From an uncultured Oceanicaulis sp. (GTDB lineage Bacteria; Pseudomonadota; Alphaproteobacteria; Caulobacterales; Maricaulaceae), in contig CAZCEG010000002.1 in assembly GCA_964497275.1 (NCBI GenBank), forward strand, positions 1-35,178: a stretch of DNA of 35,178 nt. The letters are read 5' to 3'. Positions within the stretch are counted from its first letter, which is position 1, and each line of letters opens with the position of its first letter. Under the pieces are notes generated by a model. The model saw only the letters and a list, made by a program, of their open reading frames with translations. It made no database searches and was not told the DNA's origin. Below are positions 24,661 through 34,080 of the stretch, piece after piece. A program made the translations under genes and the position numbers.

Positions 24661-27237
24661 CTATCCCTTCATCGCCAGCTCAGCCACGACCTCAGCCAGA
24701 TCGCGGCCAGCCTCAACGCCGGCGCGGATTCGCGCATAATCGGCAGGGCTGGAAGAGAAAGCTTTCGCTGTGAACGGATCGAGCGTCAGCCGGGCCACAA
24801 GCTTCGTGCCTGGTCCGGTTATGAGCATTTCGGAGAACTCGCCGCGGCTCATCTTGAGTGTCTTGATCGTACCGAGCGTGGCGTCGTCCATCGAAAGACG
24901 CTTGGAGGAGCGAAGGCCCTCCGCCTCTTCCTCACTGATGCGCAGCAGGATCCGCCAGGCGCTATTCTCGAACGCAGCGCGAGATCCATCATTCGCGTAG
25001 TAGTCATTGACCGACTGCGTGCCGGTCACGAGCGAACCACCTTCCTTGCGCGCACGACGGGCAAAGCCCTCGATAAACCGGGCCGCAGGCCCGCCGCCCA
25101 GCATCTGCCAGGCCTCATCGATGAACACCATCTTGCGCTGGCCGCGCCCGCCAATCTTCATACGCTGATCGACCTGGAAGAGCAGGCACAGGATGATAAC
25201 CCCGCGCAGCTCCTTCATGCTCTCCAGATCCGAAAGCTCGTACACCGTGAACGGGTTGTGTGTGGTCAGCGATGCTTGTCCGTTGAAGAACTCCTTGTAC
25301 CGGCCGACACCGTAGGGACTCATGCCCTGCGCAATGAGGTCGGCCGTTGGTGTTTTCATCTTCAGCAAAAACTGGCGAACATCTTCGACTGAGCCCTTGC
25401 GGCCCTTCTTCTTCCAGACCGTGCCAACTGCCTCGTCGATTACACCCAGCTCATCTCTCGAAGCGCCTTCCTCTCCGAAAGCCATCAACTCGATCACCTG
25501 GACAATGGAATCGAGTGCCTGAAGCCGGTCGTCATGGCTGGTCAGCGCTTTTTCGCTAACGAGTGAGAACGGATTGACGCAAATCGCTTTGTCGGCCCGG
25601 AAGACAACATGCTCACCACCGAGCAAATGGCACATCGTCTCGAAAGACCGGCCATCATCGACCACAATCGCATGATAGCCAGCCGCCAGCCCGTCCGCGC
25701 AAAGCGACTGCATGAAAACCGATTTGCCCGAGCCGGACTCGCCCGTCACGGCCACATTATGGTTGCCCTCGCCCTCATTCTGGAACTGAGACCAGAACAG
25801 AGGCTGACCAAGCCTGGTCATAAGCATCATGTGCGGATGGCCAAAACTCTTCGGCTGCCCCTGCAGCGGCGCAAGCGCCGGCATGTGGCGGGTGAGACCC
25901 GTCCTCAGCAGGCGCATATTCTCCAGATCGGTCGAGAAATTGTCTCCATATCCCATCGGGAGCTGCGTCAGCATCGAGATCAGGTGGGCGCTATCATTAC
26001 GCTCCAGATCCCACCCACGCGTCCGGTAGAGATTGCGAAGATTGCGCTCGGCTTCCTCACCTGCCCCGAGCGGGCATTGCACCATGATCTGGTAACAGAA
26101 CCGCACCAGCCGGGCGCCATCTTGTACCTCGGTATTGGCAGCTTGCCACTCGCGCGCCTTTTCAAGCACGGCCGGAAAGAACTTCGCCACCGGCGAGCTG
26201 AACTGCCTGCCTGCCTTCGCAGCACTCAGGCCTGCCTTCGACTGGCTTTTCTCCCGGCTAAGATACGTGATCTGCAAGGTCTTCCAGACCGACCCGGACA
26301 GCCGCATCGTATCTTGCGACCAGTCGCCAAGAAGCGAGGCCATCATGGACTGGCTGGACTCGTGCGGAAGGCGGGATACCGAGAAGGTCCGCACCTCATT
26401 GCGCGACTGCATCAGCTGGCGCGCACGAAGCGTCCCCTTCAGATACGAATGCACCCCGTAGCCCGTATTCTCCAGCTCCAGGCGGGGCTTGAACACTTCA
26501 ATCGAGCTATCGCTGCGTACCATCTGGTCGCAGACCCAGCTTTGCGGGTCGTATTCAACCTCCGGATTGCACGTGTCGCGACCCATATTCAGCCACCCTG
26601 AAACAAGCGAAATCACACCGCTCGCGTTCAGGCTTTCCGCCGGATGACCCAGCGTGTCGAAGCTCTTCTGGACCCTCTCCCTCAGCTCAATCAGGCTCGC
26701 AATCGCACGTGTCGCATTTGTCTTCGGCATCGAAGCCGAAACAAACACCCTAAAATCTCTGGCATGATATGGCCCGCTGCGAGAACCGCTCTTCCAGATC
26801 ATATCCTTGAAATAGTCGGCGCGCTGTCGGCCGATCGTCTCCATCACGCCGCCGCGCTTCACACGGGGGCCCGCCCATTTTTCGAGAATCGTCCCGACAT
26901 AGGGCGACGAGTAAGACGAAATCTGAACATGCACTTCATCGGGCATCGCCTCTTCGAGCACGCCCTGGATAATGGATTCAGTTTGGGTGTCCCCGCCCGT
27001 CAGGGGCCAGACTTCCAACACCCAGCCAAACGAATGAAGGTTCTCGAATATCCGGTTCTCTTCGTCATAAGTGCGGTACGGCAGATAGCCCGCTATCGAG
27101 CTGGCACGTGCGTGATAGCGGGCCCGATCAGACGGAATACGGTCGCCCAGCAGGTACTCGCTGGCAGCATCGAGCGCCGGACCTACGCCAATACGGTCCA
27201 GCACTCCGTCGAGTCTGTCGAACGCCGCGCCCAGCAT
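24661..27237 (-). CDS. traC: VirB4-family ATPase TraC
   Basis: YLPYR.YD, NHNVAVTGESGSGKS (Walker A), D.GRSF, FIDEAW (Walker B), RRARK.GG...TGTQS, RL.LDPF. Confidence 0.96.
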   Translation of the reverse strand: MLGAAFDRLDGVLDRIGVGPALDAASEYLLGDRIPSDRARYHARASSIAGYLPYRTYDEENRIFENLHSFGWVLEVWPLTGGDTQTESIIQGVLEEAMPDEVHVQISSYSSPYVGTILEKWAGPRVKRGGVMETIGRQRADYFKDMIWKSGSRSGPYHARDFRVFVSASMPKTNATRAIASLIELRERVQKSFDTLGHPAESLNASGVISLVSGWLNMGRDTCNPEVEYDPQSWVCDQMVRSDSSIEVFKPRLELENTGYGVHSYLKGTLRARQLMQSRNEVRTFSVSRLPHESSQSMMASLLGDWSQDTMRLSGSVWKTLQITYLSREKSQSKAGLSAAKAGRQFSSPVAKFFPAVLEKAREWQAANTEVQDGARLVRFCYQIMVQCPLGAGEEAERNLRNLYRTRGWDLERNDSAHLISMLTQLPMGYGDNFSTDLENMRLLRTGLTRHMPALAPLQGQPKSFGHPHMMLMTRLGQPLFWSQFQNEGEGNHNVAVTGESGSGKSVFMQSLCADGLAAGYHAIVVDDGRSFETMCHLLGGEHVVFRADKAICVNPFSLVSEKALTSHDDRLQALDSIVQVIELMAFGEEGASRDELGVIDEAVGTVWKKKGRKGSVEDVRQFLLKMKTPTADLIAQGMSPYGVGRYKEFFNGQASLTTHNPFTVYELSDLESMKELRGVIILCLLFQVDQRMKIGGRGQRKMVFIDEAWQMLGGGPAARFIEGFARRARKEGGSLVTGTQSVNDYYANDGSRAAFENSAWRILLRISEEEAEGLRSSKRLSMDDATLGTIKTLKMSRGEFSEMLITGPGTKLVARLTLDPFTAKAFSSSPADYARIRAGVEAGRDLAEVVAELAMKG

Positions 27238-27615
27238 CTAGCGCTCCCGGCCAGGAGCGCGCGCACTGGCAGGTGCCGCCCACTGCTCGTCGCCGTAAGG
27301 CGCGAAAATCGTCGTGCCGGCATGATACCGCCCGTCGCCATCAACCCACGGGGCGAGCGTCACCCGCAAAATCTGGCGGCCATAGAAAGTCGGCCGGTCT
27401 GGCGCATTCGATACCAGCGGCCCATGCGGCCCGACATGGATCCTGCCCGCACTGACCTCGTGAACATCAATGTCATTGCTCGCGATATCCGCGCACGTGC
27501 TGTTGCCGAGCGCCCGGCAGCTCCATTCGCCCGAAACGGACGAGCCGCGAAACGTGCTGCAGCCTGTCACCAGACCTGCTGCAACAATGACACTCAATAC
27601 ATGACCAAGCTTCAT
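27238..27615 (-). CDS. traV: Lipoprotein TraV
   Basis: Lipobox VTGC, WSC....TC, LRVTLAPWVD.DG.YH. Confidence 0.88.
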   Translation of the reverse strand: MKLGHVLSVIVAAGLVTGCSTFRGSSVSGEWSCRALGNSTCADIASNDIDVHEVSAGRIHVGPHGPLVSNAPDRPTFYGRQILRVTLAPWVDGDGRYHAGTTIFAPYGDEQWAAPASARAPGRER

Positions 27616-27626
27616 CGCCCCCTCCC

Positions 27627-28526
27627 CTAGCTTTCGCTATTGATGAAAGCGGTGATCTGTTCGAGCGGCATATATCCGCCCGGCAGACGCCGGCCGTCCT
27701 CAAACACCATTGTCGGTGTCCCGCGCATGCCAAAACTCGACGCGAAGGAGGTGTTGGCCGCGATCACGGGGCCATATTCTGCAGCGCATTCAGCCTGCTC
27801 GCGAGACACAGACACCGTACCGCTGGCGTACATGTCGTCGGCAGCCTGAGACCTGTCCTCGGCGCAAAGAACCAGAGCGGCGCGTGCGCCCCCTCCCCGG
27901 CCAAGCCAGTCCACGTAATATTCGCGAACCTCAAAATCCGTCGCGCGGACCAGTTCATTGTGCAGGCGCTGGCAATAGGGACATGTCAGATCGGAGAAGA
28001 CGTGCAGGACGGGCAGGCCCTGTCCGCCATTATGAACCACGGCATTCTCCACCGGCAGCGTCACCTCGACACTGGCTATGGCCTCCCCGCCGCGCCCCGG
28101 CGGAACCGCAGGAGGCTGAGCCCCCTGCCCGCCAGCTACGCGATCCGGGCCGCCGTTGCGCACCTGAGCGTCACCGGCCAGAAGATTGGCAAACCCCACG
28201 ACCGCCTCCCGGCGCCGTGCTGTAACATCCTCTCGCGCTTCGAGATCGTAGATCGAGCCCGTGTAGGCATACCCCCGGCGCGGATCTACATAGAAGATCC
28301 TTTCGCCCGCGATCACCTCGCAAAGACCCGCCACGGCCTCGCAATTGACACTGGTGACAGCAATCCCTGGAAGGAGCCCTTCCACCTGGGAAATCGTCAT
28401 TTCAGCCGCCCTGCCGTCCGACCGGGACAGATGGGCCACAGTGAGCGCAGCGGCCGCTGTTGACCCCAGAACCGCGATCAGGACCGCTGCACCGGCGTAC
28501 AGAATTTTCTTGTTGGGTGACTTCAT
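27627..28526 (-). CDS. dsbC: DsbC-family thiol:disulfide isomerase of the tra locus
   Basis: GLCEV..G..IFYVD N-domain, VFSD.TCPYC..L, GTPT.VF.DG..LPG. Confidence 0.88.
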   Translation of the reverse strand: MKSPNKKILYAGAAVLIAVLGSTAAAALTVAHLSRSDGRAAEMTISQVEGLLPGIAVTSVNCEAVAGLCEVIAGERIFYVDPRRGYAYTGSIYDLEAREDVTARRREAVVGFANLLAGDAQVRNGGPDRVAGGQGAQPPAVPPGRGGEAIASVEVTLPVENAVVHNGGQGLPVLHVFSDLTCPYCQRLHNELVRATDFEVREYYVDWLGRGGGARAALVLCAEDRSQAADDMYASGTVSVSREQAECAAEYGPVIAANTSFASSFGMRGTPTMVFEDGRRLPGGYMPLEQITAFINSES

Positions 28527-28540
28527 GCCTCTAGCTCCCT

Positions 28541-29803
28541 TTAGCGAACCACAACGCCAGAAAGGAACACGATCTCGACATCGATCCCCGTCGGCATTTC
28601 AATAACCGGCTGATATTGTTCAGCCCTCTGGATGTAATACTGGGCGAGCTGGCTGGCTGCGCTCGACACGCCAGACCCCGCCGAGCTGATGGCAATATCC
28701 GAGGCGCTTGGCAGTTCAGCGGCCCCCGTAAGCCCACCCAGCGTGCCTGGTTGGCCAACACGGCTGAACGCATTGCCAAGCCCCTGCAGCGTGCCCGCGA
28801 TAAGCGCGCGCTCAGTCAGATCGCCCTCACGGCTAATGACGCGCCCGCGTACACCGGCCTTGCCGGCAAAAACGACATAGCCTTCCACGCTGGACTCCGA
28901 CACGCGGCCCGACCCGTCATTTACCGGGCAGGTCATGCGCTGCAGGCGCACATACACGCGCTCAGACGACAATTCGCCGTAAGCCGCCCCGTTAACGAGA
29001 CAGCCTTCGATATCAGTCTCGTAAACCTGCCCGCCTTCAATGGCCGAGCGTGCCTGCCCGCTTATTCGCAATAGCACCGGCTTGGGATCTGACGAGAAAC
29101 TGGTCCCTGTCGCCGCATCCACACCCACCAGTACACGCGCCGACGCATAGGAATTGGGCGGCACGTAATTGTTAGGGTCGCGGATCACGGCGCGTTGAAG
29201 GGAGGCGGACTCTCCTTGTGTCGCTGTTGAAAACACAACGGAATGCAAAGCCCGCCCGCCGGATGTCTCAAGTCCCGCTGTCGAACTTCCGCCTGCCCGT
29301 GAAGAATCCGCCTCCACAACACCCCTTTGACGGAAGGGGTCCGGTTCGGAGCCCTGCCCCGCAGTGCTCCAGCTCTGGCTCGAAGTCGCACTCGCAGTTG
29401 ACCGCGCATTGGCTTCATCCAGCGCCGCGCCGAGCTGCTCGATGATCGCGTTGGCTTCTTCCTGGATTTCCTCATTCGCCTGACGCTGAGATTCCAGATC
29501 ACGCCGGAGCTCTTCATTCTCCCGCGCCACACCATCACGCTCTACGCGTATCGATCCGAGCTGCTCTTCAACCTGGCGAAGTCGGTTTTCATAGATCTCG
29601 AAATGCGTGCGCTCTCCCACGGGTTGCCGAGCAAGATCCGTCATGCGCGCACTCGACGGCGGCATCGCACGTTCCATGCGGGAAACCGGATCGGAGTTAT
29701 TGCCCGAGAGGACGAACCAGATCCCGGCTGCCGCCAGAACAATCACTATCAAGCCGACCAGCAGCTTGCGACGGTGCTGGCTTCGCGTGTTCTCGTCAGC
29801 CAT
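28541..29803 (-). CDS. traB: TraB (VirB10-like)
   Basis: TM plus coiled coil; YVPPNSYA.A.VLVGVDA, DPKPVLLRI, GC.V.GAA.GELSSERVYVRL, YYIQRAEQYQPVIEMPTG..VE.VF..G. Confidence 0.94.
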   Translation of the reverse strand: MADENTRSQHRRKLLVGLIVIVLAAAGIWFVLSGNNSDPVSRMERAMPPSSARMTDLARQPVGERTHFEIYENRLRQVEEQLGSIRVERDGVARENEELRRDLESQRQANEEIQEEANAIIEQLGAALDEANARSTASATSSQSWSTAGQGSEPDPFRQRGVVEADSSRAGGSSTAGLETSGGRALHSVVFSTATQGESASLQRAVIRDPNNYVPPNSYASARVLVGVDAATGTSFSSDPKPVLLRISGQARSAIEGGQVYETDIEGCLVNGAAYGELSSERVYVRLQRMTCPVNDGSGRVSESSVEGYVVFAGKAGVRGRVISREGDLTERALIAGTLQGLGNAFSRVGQPGTLGGLTGAAELPSASDIAISSAGSGVSSAASQLAQYYIQRAEQYQPVIEMPTGIDVEIVFLSGVVVR

Positions 29804-30564
29804 CAGCGGGCCTCCATCACTGTGAAGACACGTGCGCGGCCACCAGCCGGTATCTCGTCCAGGCTGGAGACCACCGCGAGAACGGCCACATCGGCAAACG
29901 CCTCATGTCGAATATCGACATTGGCTGCAGTGATGTTCGAGAACTCGAAAAAGCGCGCCATCAGACCGTCGCGCTCCACATCACCGATGATTGAGAGGCT
30001 CACGCCTTCGGCAATGATTTCAGGCCGGCTGCGGCGCCCCTGCGGCGACTGGCCTGCCGCCCATACGGCAAACTCGACTATGCGCTGTGCGTGAACCTGA
30101 GCGCGGCCAGCGCGCGCAGGAGCCTGTCCACCCTCAGAGCCGATACCCGAAATGAAAATCTGCGCGGCTGGCTGATCCGCCAGTGTAAAGAGCGCTTGAT
30201 AGGTCGCACCGCGTTCGGTCGTGATGAAGGTACTGATAACCTGTCCAGGGCGGCCTCCGGACACGACACCATAAAGATCACCTGTCGCGTCATCTCGCTC
30301 CCAGTTGATGACCGGGCCACCGGCCTCGCCATTCTGGGCCGATCGTACCCCGGCAACACGATCACCATCAAAACTGATCCGCGTCACTTCGCTGGTCGAC
30401 AGAGTGGCGGGAAACCGCTCTCCATCAGCCAGCCGAAAATGGCTTTGACCCCACTCCCGGCCGTGATCTGGAACCTGATCGTCCGCCAAGCTCGAAAATG
30501 TGAAGATGACGGCGGCGATACATGCGCCAACCAGGGCCCATGCCAAGTTCTCAACCCGCAGCAT
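29803..30564 (-). CDS. traK: TraK-like secretin/VirB9 component
   Basis: Signal sequence, LS..EVTRISF.GD.V, TGDLY, FITTERG.TY, PA.QIFI; position before traB. Confidence 0.8.
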   Translation of the reverse strand: MLRVENLAWALVGACIAAVIFTFSSLADDQVPDHGREWGQSHFRLADGERFPATLSTSEVTRISFDGDRVAGVRSAQNGEAGGPVINWERDDATGDLYGVVSGGRPGQVISTFITTERGATYQALFTLADQPAAQIFISGIGSEGGQAPARAGRAQVHAQRIVEFAVWAAGQSPQGRRSRPEIIAEGVSLSIIGDVERDGLMARFFEFSNITAANVDIRHEAFADVAVLAVVSSLDEIPAGGRARVFTVMEAR

Positions 30565-30913
30565 GCGCGCTCTCCTTTATCTCAAAATCCAGCTCGATGA
30601 TCTTGGCGCGTGGCGCCAGCGCCCAACGCGCGGCGTACGTCACTTCGAAGTCGCCATTACGGCCTCGCACCGATCCGCTGATGCTGATCAGAAGCCGTGT
30701 CTGCGATCCGGCGTAGCGATCCATGCCCCGCAGGTGAAAATGGTCGCCACGGCCTTTCATGGCGCGAAGAACCGATATGTTCCGCTTTGCCTTATTGCTC
30801 ATCGCCGGCATGGCGAAGTCAGGCGACGACTGGCCAAACAGTTCATGACCGAGTTGGCGCATCTCCTGCTCGATCTGCTTCTGTCCGAGATCGAAGGTTT
30901 GAAGCTCGCTCAT
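30551..30913 (-). CDS. Hypothetical protein (120 aa) between traE and traK
   Basis: ATGA overlap with the traE stop and 14-nt overlap with the traK start; fills the gap exactly. Confidence 0.7.
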   Translation of the reverse strand: MSELQTFDLGQKQIEQEMRQLGHELFGQSSPDFAMPAMSNKAKRNISVLRAMKGRGDHFHLRGMDRYAGSQTRLLISISGSVRGRNGDFEVTYAARWALAPRAKIIELDFEIKESAHAAG

Positions 30914-31518
30914 CGGTCGTCATCCTCTACAATCCGGCGACGACTGCGCGACTCGCTAAGCCGCGAATCCCGTGCGTCGATCCGTGCAAATTCGATCAGG
31001 CGCAAGGACAGACCATCCAGCCGCCATTCCGCTGCGAACACAGCGTTCTCACGTGAGATCCGCTCGTCCCCGACATAGGTTTCGAGCACGCCGTGGATTT
31101 CCGAATAGGATTGGGAGCTTTCCGTGTAGAGCTCTACCGGATGGAAGACCGTAGACGTATTTGTCTCGATCCGATTCACCCGCTCCTCATTGAGCCGGCG
31201 CTCCATATCGCCATAAACCGAGGAATGAACCAGCCGCAGTACGGCCCGCTCGAAATATGCGCGATTTCGCGGATGGCGATTAAGAAACAGGCCCGCAACA
31301 TCACGCGTCACCTGCTCTAGATACTCACGGCTAACGGTCCCACTGGATACGTGCATGTCAGAGGTGAGCGTCGGCACCAGGATCACATCCTGACGCGTAT
31401 TCATCAGCGCCAGCGCCATCATCCCGTTGCCTACTGCAAGGGCGCCCACCAATACGCTGGACACTACCAGCTGGCGGGTCATCGACCGGAGTTTCTTGGC
31501 GGCCGCTTCCTGTTTCAT
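30910..31518 (-). CDS. traE: TraE
   Basis: TM, VILVPT, VS.EYLE..TRD.A.L.LN..P, G.L.TYVG, L.L..F; ATG 31518 coupled to the traL stop. Confidence 0.9.
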   Translation of the reverse strand: MKQEAAAKKLRSMTRQLVVSSVLVGALAVGNGMMALALMNTRQDVILVPTLTSDMHVSSGTVSREYLEQVTRDVAGLFLNRHPRNRAYFERAVLRLVHSSVYGDMERRLNEERVNRIETNTSTVFHPVELYTESSQSYSEIHGVLETYVGDERISRENAVFAAEWRLDGLSLRLIEFARIDARDSRLSESRSRRRIVEDDDR

Positions 31519-31802
31519 CACCCTACCCATTCCCTGATCACTGAATCGGGTGAGCGGCGAAGACGCACCATGTGCGCCGGCAATACCCAGTACAGCGATG
31601 CAATAAGATTTCGGATGGACAGGCCGCGCTTGGCGCGCTTCCAGACATTCCAGCTGACCACAAACGTCACGATGCCTGTGATTGGCATTCCAAATCCGAA
31701 CCCGATAACCAGGCACCCCGCCAGAAGCAGGAATTCATCTATCGTGAAGATCAGGAACCGATCCGGCTCGTCGAGCATCTGGTATAGTCTGGTGCCAGCC
31801 AT
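31518..31802 (-). CDS. traL: TraL
   Basis: LDEPDRFLIFTIDEF, K..K.G, LYW.LP, L..SP.S..R...G. Confidence 0.9.
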   Translation of the reverse strand: MAGTRLYQMLDEPDRFLIFTIDEFLLLAGCLVIGFGFGMPITGIVTFVVSWNVWKRAKRGLSIRNLIASLYWVLPAHMVRLRRSPDSVIREWVG

Positions 31803-31894
31803 GGCGCGCCCCGTCCCGAGCGCGCAGCGCTACCAATCCAATCCGGTTATGGGCTTTCACTCCCGGTCAGATCGCAGCGCCGCGCGCTATTCGA

Positions 31895-32233
31895 TCAGAT
31901 GACCGCCGAAAACATTCCCGACACGAGGCCGGGTCCGAAGCTAGCCAGTCCGGCCAGGGCAAGACTTCCGAGGATAATCATCACGTTGAAGCGCACCACG
32001 CACATCACGACGGCGACCATCAGCGCGATAAGCGCCACCAGATTGCCAAGCGAGCCTTCCAGCCAGCCCGTAATCATCAAGATGAAGTCCTGGAACGTGC
32101 TGTCTGTCCCGCCCGCAAGCGCCGGTGCCGTTGCCAGTACAAAGCTACCTACCGCCAGCAACCCGGCCATGACGGCCATTTTCCCAAGGTTGCAAGAGAA
32201 ATTCTTATCGTTCTCCAAACGACCGATTGACAT
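31895..32233 (-). CDS. traA: Conjugative pilin TraA/TrhA
   Basis: Leader ending PALA-GGTDSTF, WLEGSLG, two hydrophobic helices; first gene of the tra operon. Confidence 0.85.
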   Translation of the reverse strand: MSIGRLENDKNFSCNLGKMAVMAGLLAVGSFVLATAPALAGGTDSTFQDFILMITGWLEGSLGNLVALIALMVAVVMCVVRFNVMIILGSLALAGLASFGPGLVSGMFSAVI

Positions 32234-32835
32234 GATTGATCACCCCGTCAAGATTCCTGAAAAAAGCCAAGCACGGCTTGAGCTTATTCATTCACATTCC
32301 TGTCAGAGCAGATCAATCACTAATGAGTCTCTATTTGGGCGATGTAATGCGCGTATGTTTTATGTCTGTCGCCTGCCGGGCGACCTTTCGCTAATCAGCG
32401 CTTAATGCTTCTTAACCGGGTTGAGTGTTATTGCGCTTCTTTCGTTAATTTTTCGAGGTTCTGCGCCCCATTCCGGGCGATTAACGTTCCGTCGCTTTGA
32501 TTTTTGTCGCCTCCGCAAGCATTGTTGCCTTACATCTTGAGGCTGCACATGCGCTCCTTTCCATTAATCATTGAAGCGTGCCATGTAAAGGGCTGGTTCA
32601 ATTGCGCTTCAGATGGCGGATCAGCCTAATTACAGGTCTTTATTAAGTGGAGTACATATTATAACTTCTTGCAGCTTGTATAACCATATTGTAACAATCG
32701 CCTGACATACAATGTACTAAACTATCAAACAGTCAAATCAGTCCTTCTTTCACCCAACCGAATGCACAGCTAAGCGCTTGCCCGCATCAATCCCTGTCGC
32801 TAGCGTTTTTGAGAGGGATTCGCAGAGGGGACATC

Positions 32836-33309
32836 ATGCAAAATCTCATCGTGGCCGACACGTCTGAAGTTTCAGGAGAATCTCTGTCGGCCATAAGACT
32901 CGACCGCCAGATGCGGCAAATCACGATCGTCCATCAGTTTCTGAAATGGAGGAACGTTCCTAGTAAAAACTATGACGAGGTGCTGGGCTTCGACAAAAAG
33001 ACCCTGAGCAAGCTGAAAACCGGCGACACGAAACTTGCCGCACACCATCAGTTTTCGATATCCAATGGCCTTCAAATGCCATGGTGGTATATCGAACTCC
33101 TCACGGACATCCCCATGTCTGATGAGCAGTTATATCAATTATATTCAGATGCAGATTGGTTTAAATCCATGCTGCCCAAATTCTTCCTGATACCAAAACA
33201 TCTGCGCGATCAGCATTTTCAAACACTGCATGCTGCCTGGCACCATCATATAAACGCGCTTAAACTTCAATCATTAGCGCTCGATGCCACGATTTCTACA
33301 AATACATAG
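32836..33309 (+). CDS. Putative XRE-like HTH protein with unknown C-terminal domain
   Basis: YDEVLGFDKKTLSKLKTG.T..HHQFSISNGLQMPWWYI follows the XRE pattern; GAGGGG RBS; visibly AT-richer than neighbours. Confidence 0.6.
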   Translation: MQNLIVADTSEVSGESLSAIRLDRQMRQITIVHQFLKWRNVPSKNYDEVLGFDKKTLSKLKTGDTKLAAHHQFSISNGLQMPWWYIELLTDIPMSDEQLYQLYSDADWFKSMLPKFFLIPKHLRDQHFQTLHAAWHHHINALKLQSLALDATISTNT

Positions 33310-34022
33310 TGATTGGCCTTCTAATCGCCCAGTGTGAGTGTCAGGAGGATCCGTCTCGCGATGACGGAACGCTCACAGCGCCTGCCATACAGACCGCCCT
33401 GCAACTACGCGCACTCACTGGCGCCATTACGGCTGCTCATGGTCTTGTTGACGGGCTCAATACGATCCTCACCGAGGCCACCCGTGCGCCGCGGTTTACG
33501 CGTTTGCCTGCTACCCTACCCCAGCTCCAGGCGCTCCGCTCAATCTTGGCCTGGTCCCGATCCCTCTTCTTCATCGCGGCGCAACTGACTGAAACCAATC
33601 AGGCGCTCCATGAGCTGGATTGCCCATCTGGGCATATATGCAGTTATGCCGCGCTATTGCGTGCGCGCATCATCCTTTCCGGCAAAGCGTTTGTTGGCGG
33701 ATTTCGCGCCGTAGACCCCGAAAACCTGATCATTCATCCAGACAAGAAATTCCTGACTGAAACGGGCATGTGCATTCTCGGGGATGCGGCGATCATCAAT
33801 GCCGCGTCAGACGTGCCCGGCGGTCTCTCAGAATGCCTGATCATCGATCAGCTCAACGCTGCTCTGGACGCCCAGCAGACCGCCAGCTTACTCATTCGTG
33901 AGCTTATTCCGTCGCTCTCGCTCAAACGGCTGTCCAGTATCCACTCAAGGATGGCAGAAAACCCGGCGATCTTCGGCCGGCTGCCCCCTGGTTGCGATCC
34001 CCTCTCCCCAATCGCGGGATAG
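33309..34022 (+). CDS. Hypothetical protein (237 aa)
   Basis: Long ORF coupled by TAGTG to the upstream gene; no family recognised; start uncertain. Confidence 0.6.
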   Translation: MIGLLIAQCECQEDPSRDDGTLTAPAIQTALQLRALTGAITAAHGLVDGLNTILTEATRAPRFTRLPATLPQLQALRSILAWSRSLFFIAAQLTETNQALHELDCPSGHICSYAALLRARIILSGKAFVGGFRAVDPENLIIHPDKKFLTETGMCILGDAAIINAASDVPGGLSECLIIDQLNAALDAQQTASLLIRELIPSLSLKRLSSIHSRMAENPAIFGRLPPGCDPLSPIAG

Positions 34023-34080
34023 AGAGAAAAATAATGGACGAGAGATGCTTTTTCAGCATCTGATGACAGGAGAATAGCCC

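Larger units (their letters stand above)
20612..32233 (-). mobile_element. F-type (MPF-F) conjugative transfer operon of a plasmid or ICE, incomplete in this window
   Basis: Order traA-L-E-K-B-dsbC-V-C-trbI-trhF-W-U-trbC; traN/F/H/G, coupling protein and relaxase not seen. Confidence 0.92.

Noticed and set aside
24376-27630. Three long plus-strand ORFs (338, 330, 328 aa) opposite traC/traV
   Set aside because: Antisense shadows typical of high-GC coding DNA; no motifs. The same applies to most short overlapping ORFs in the track.
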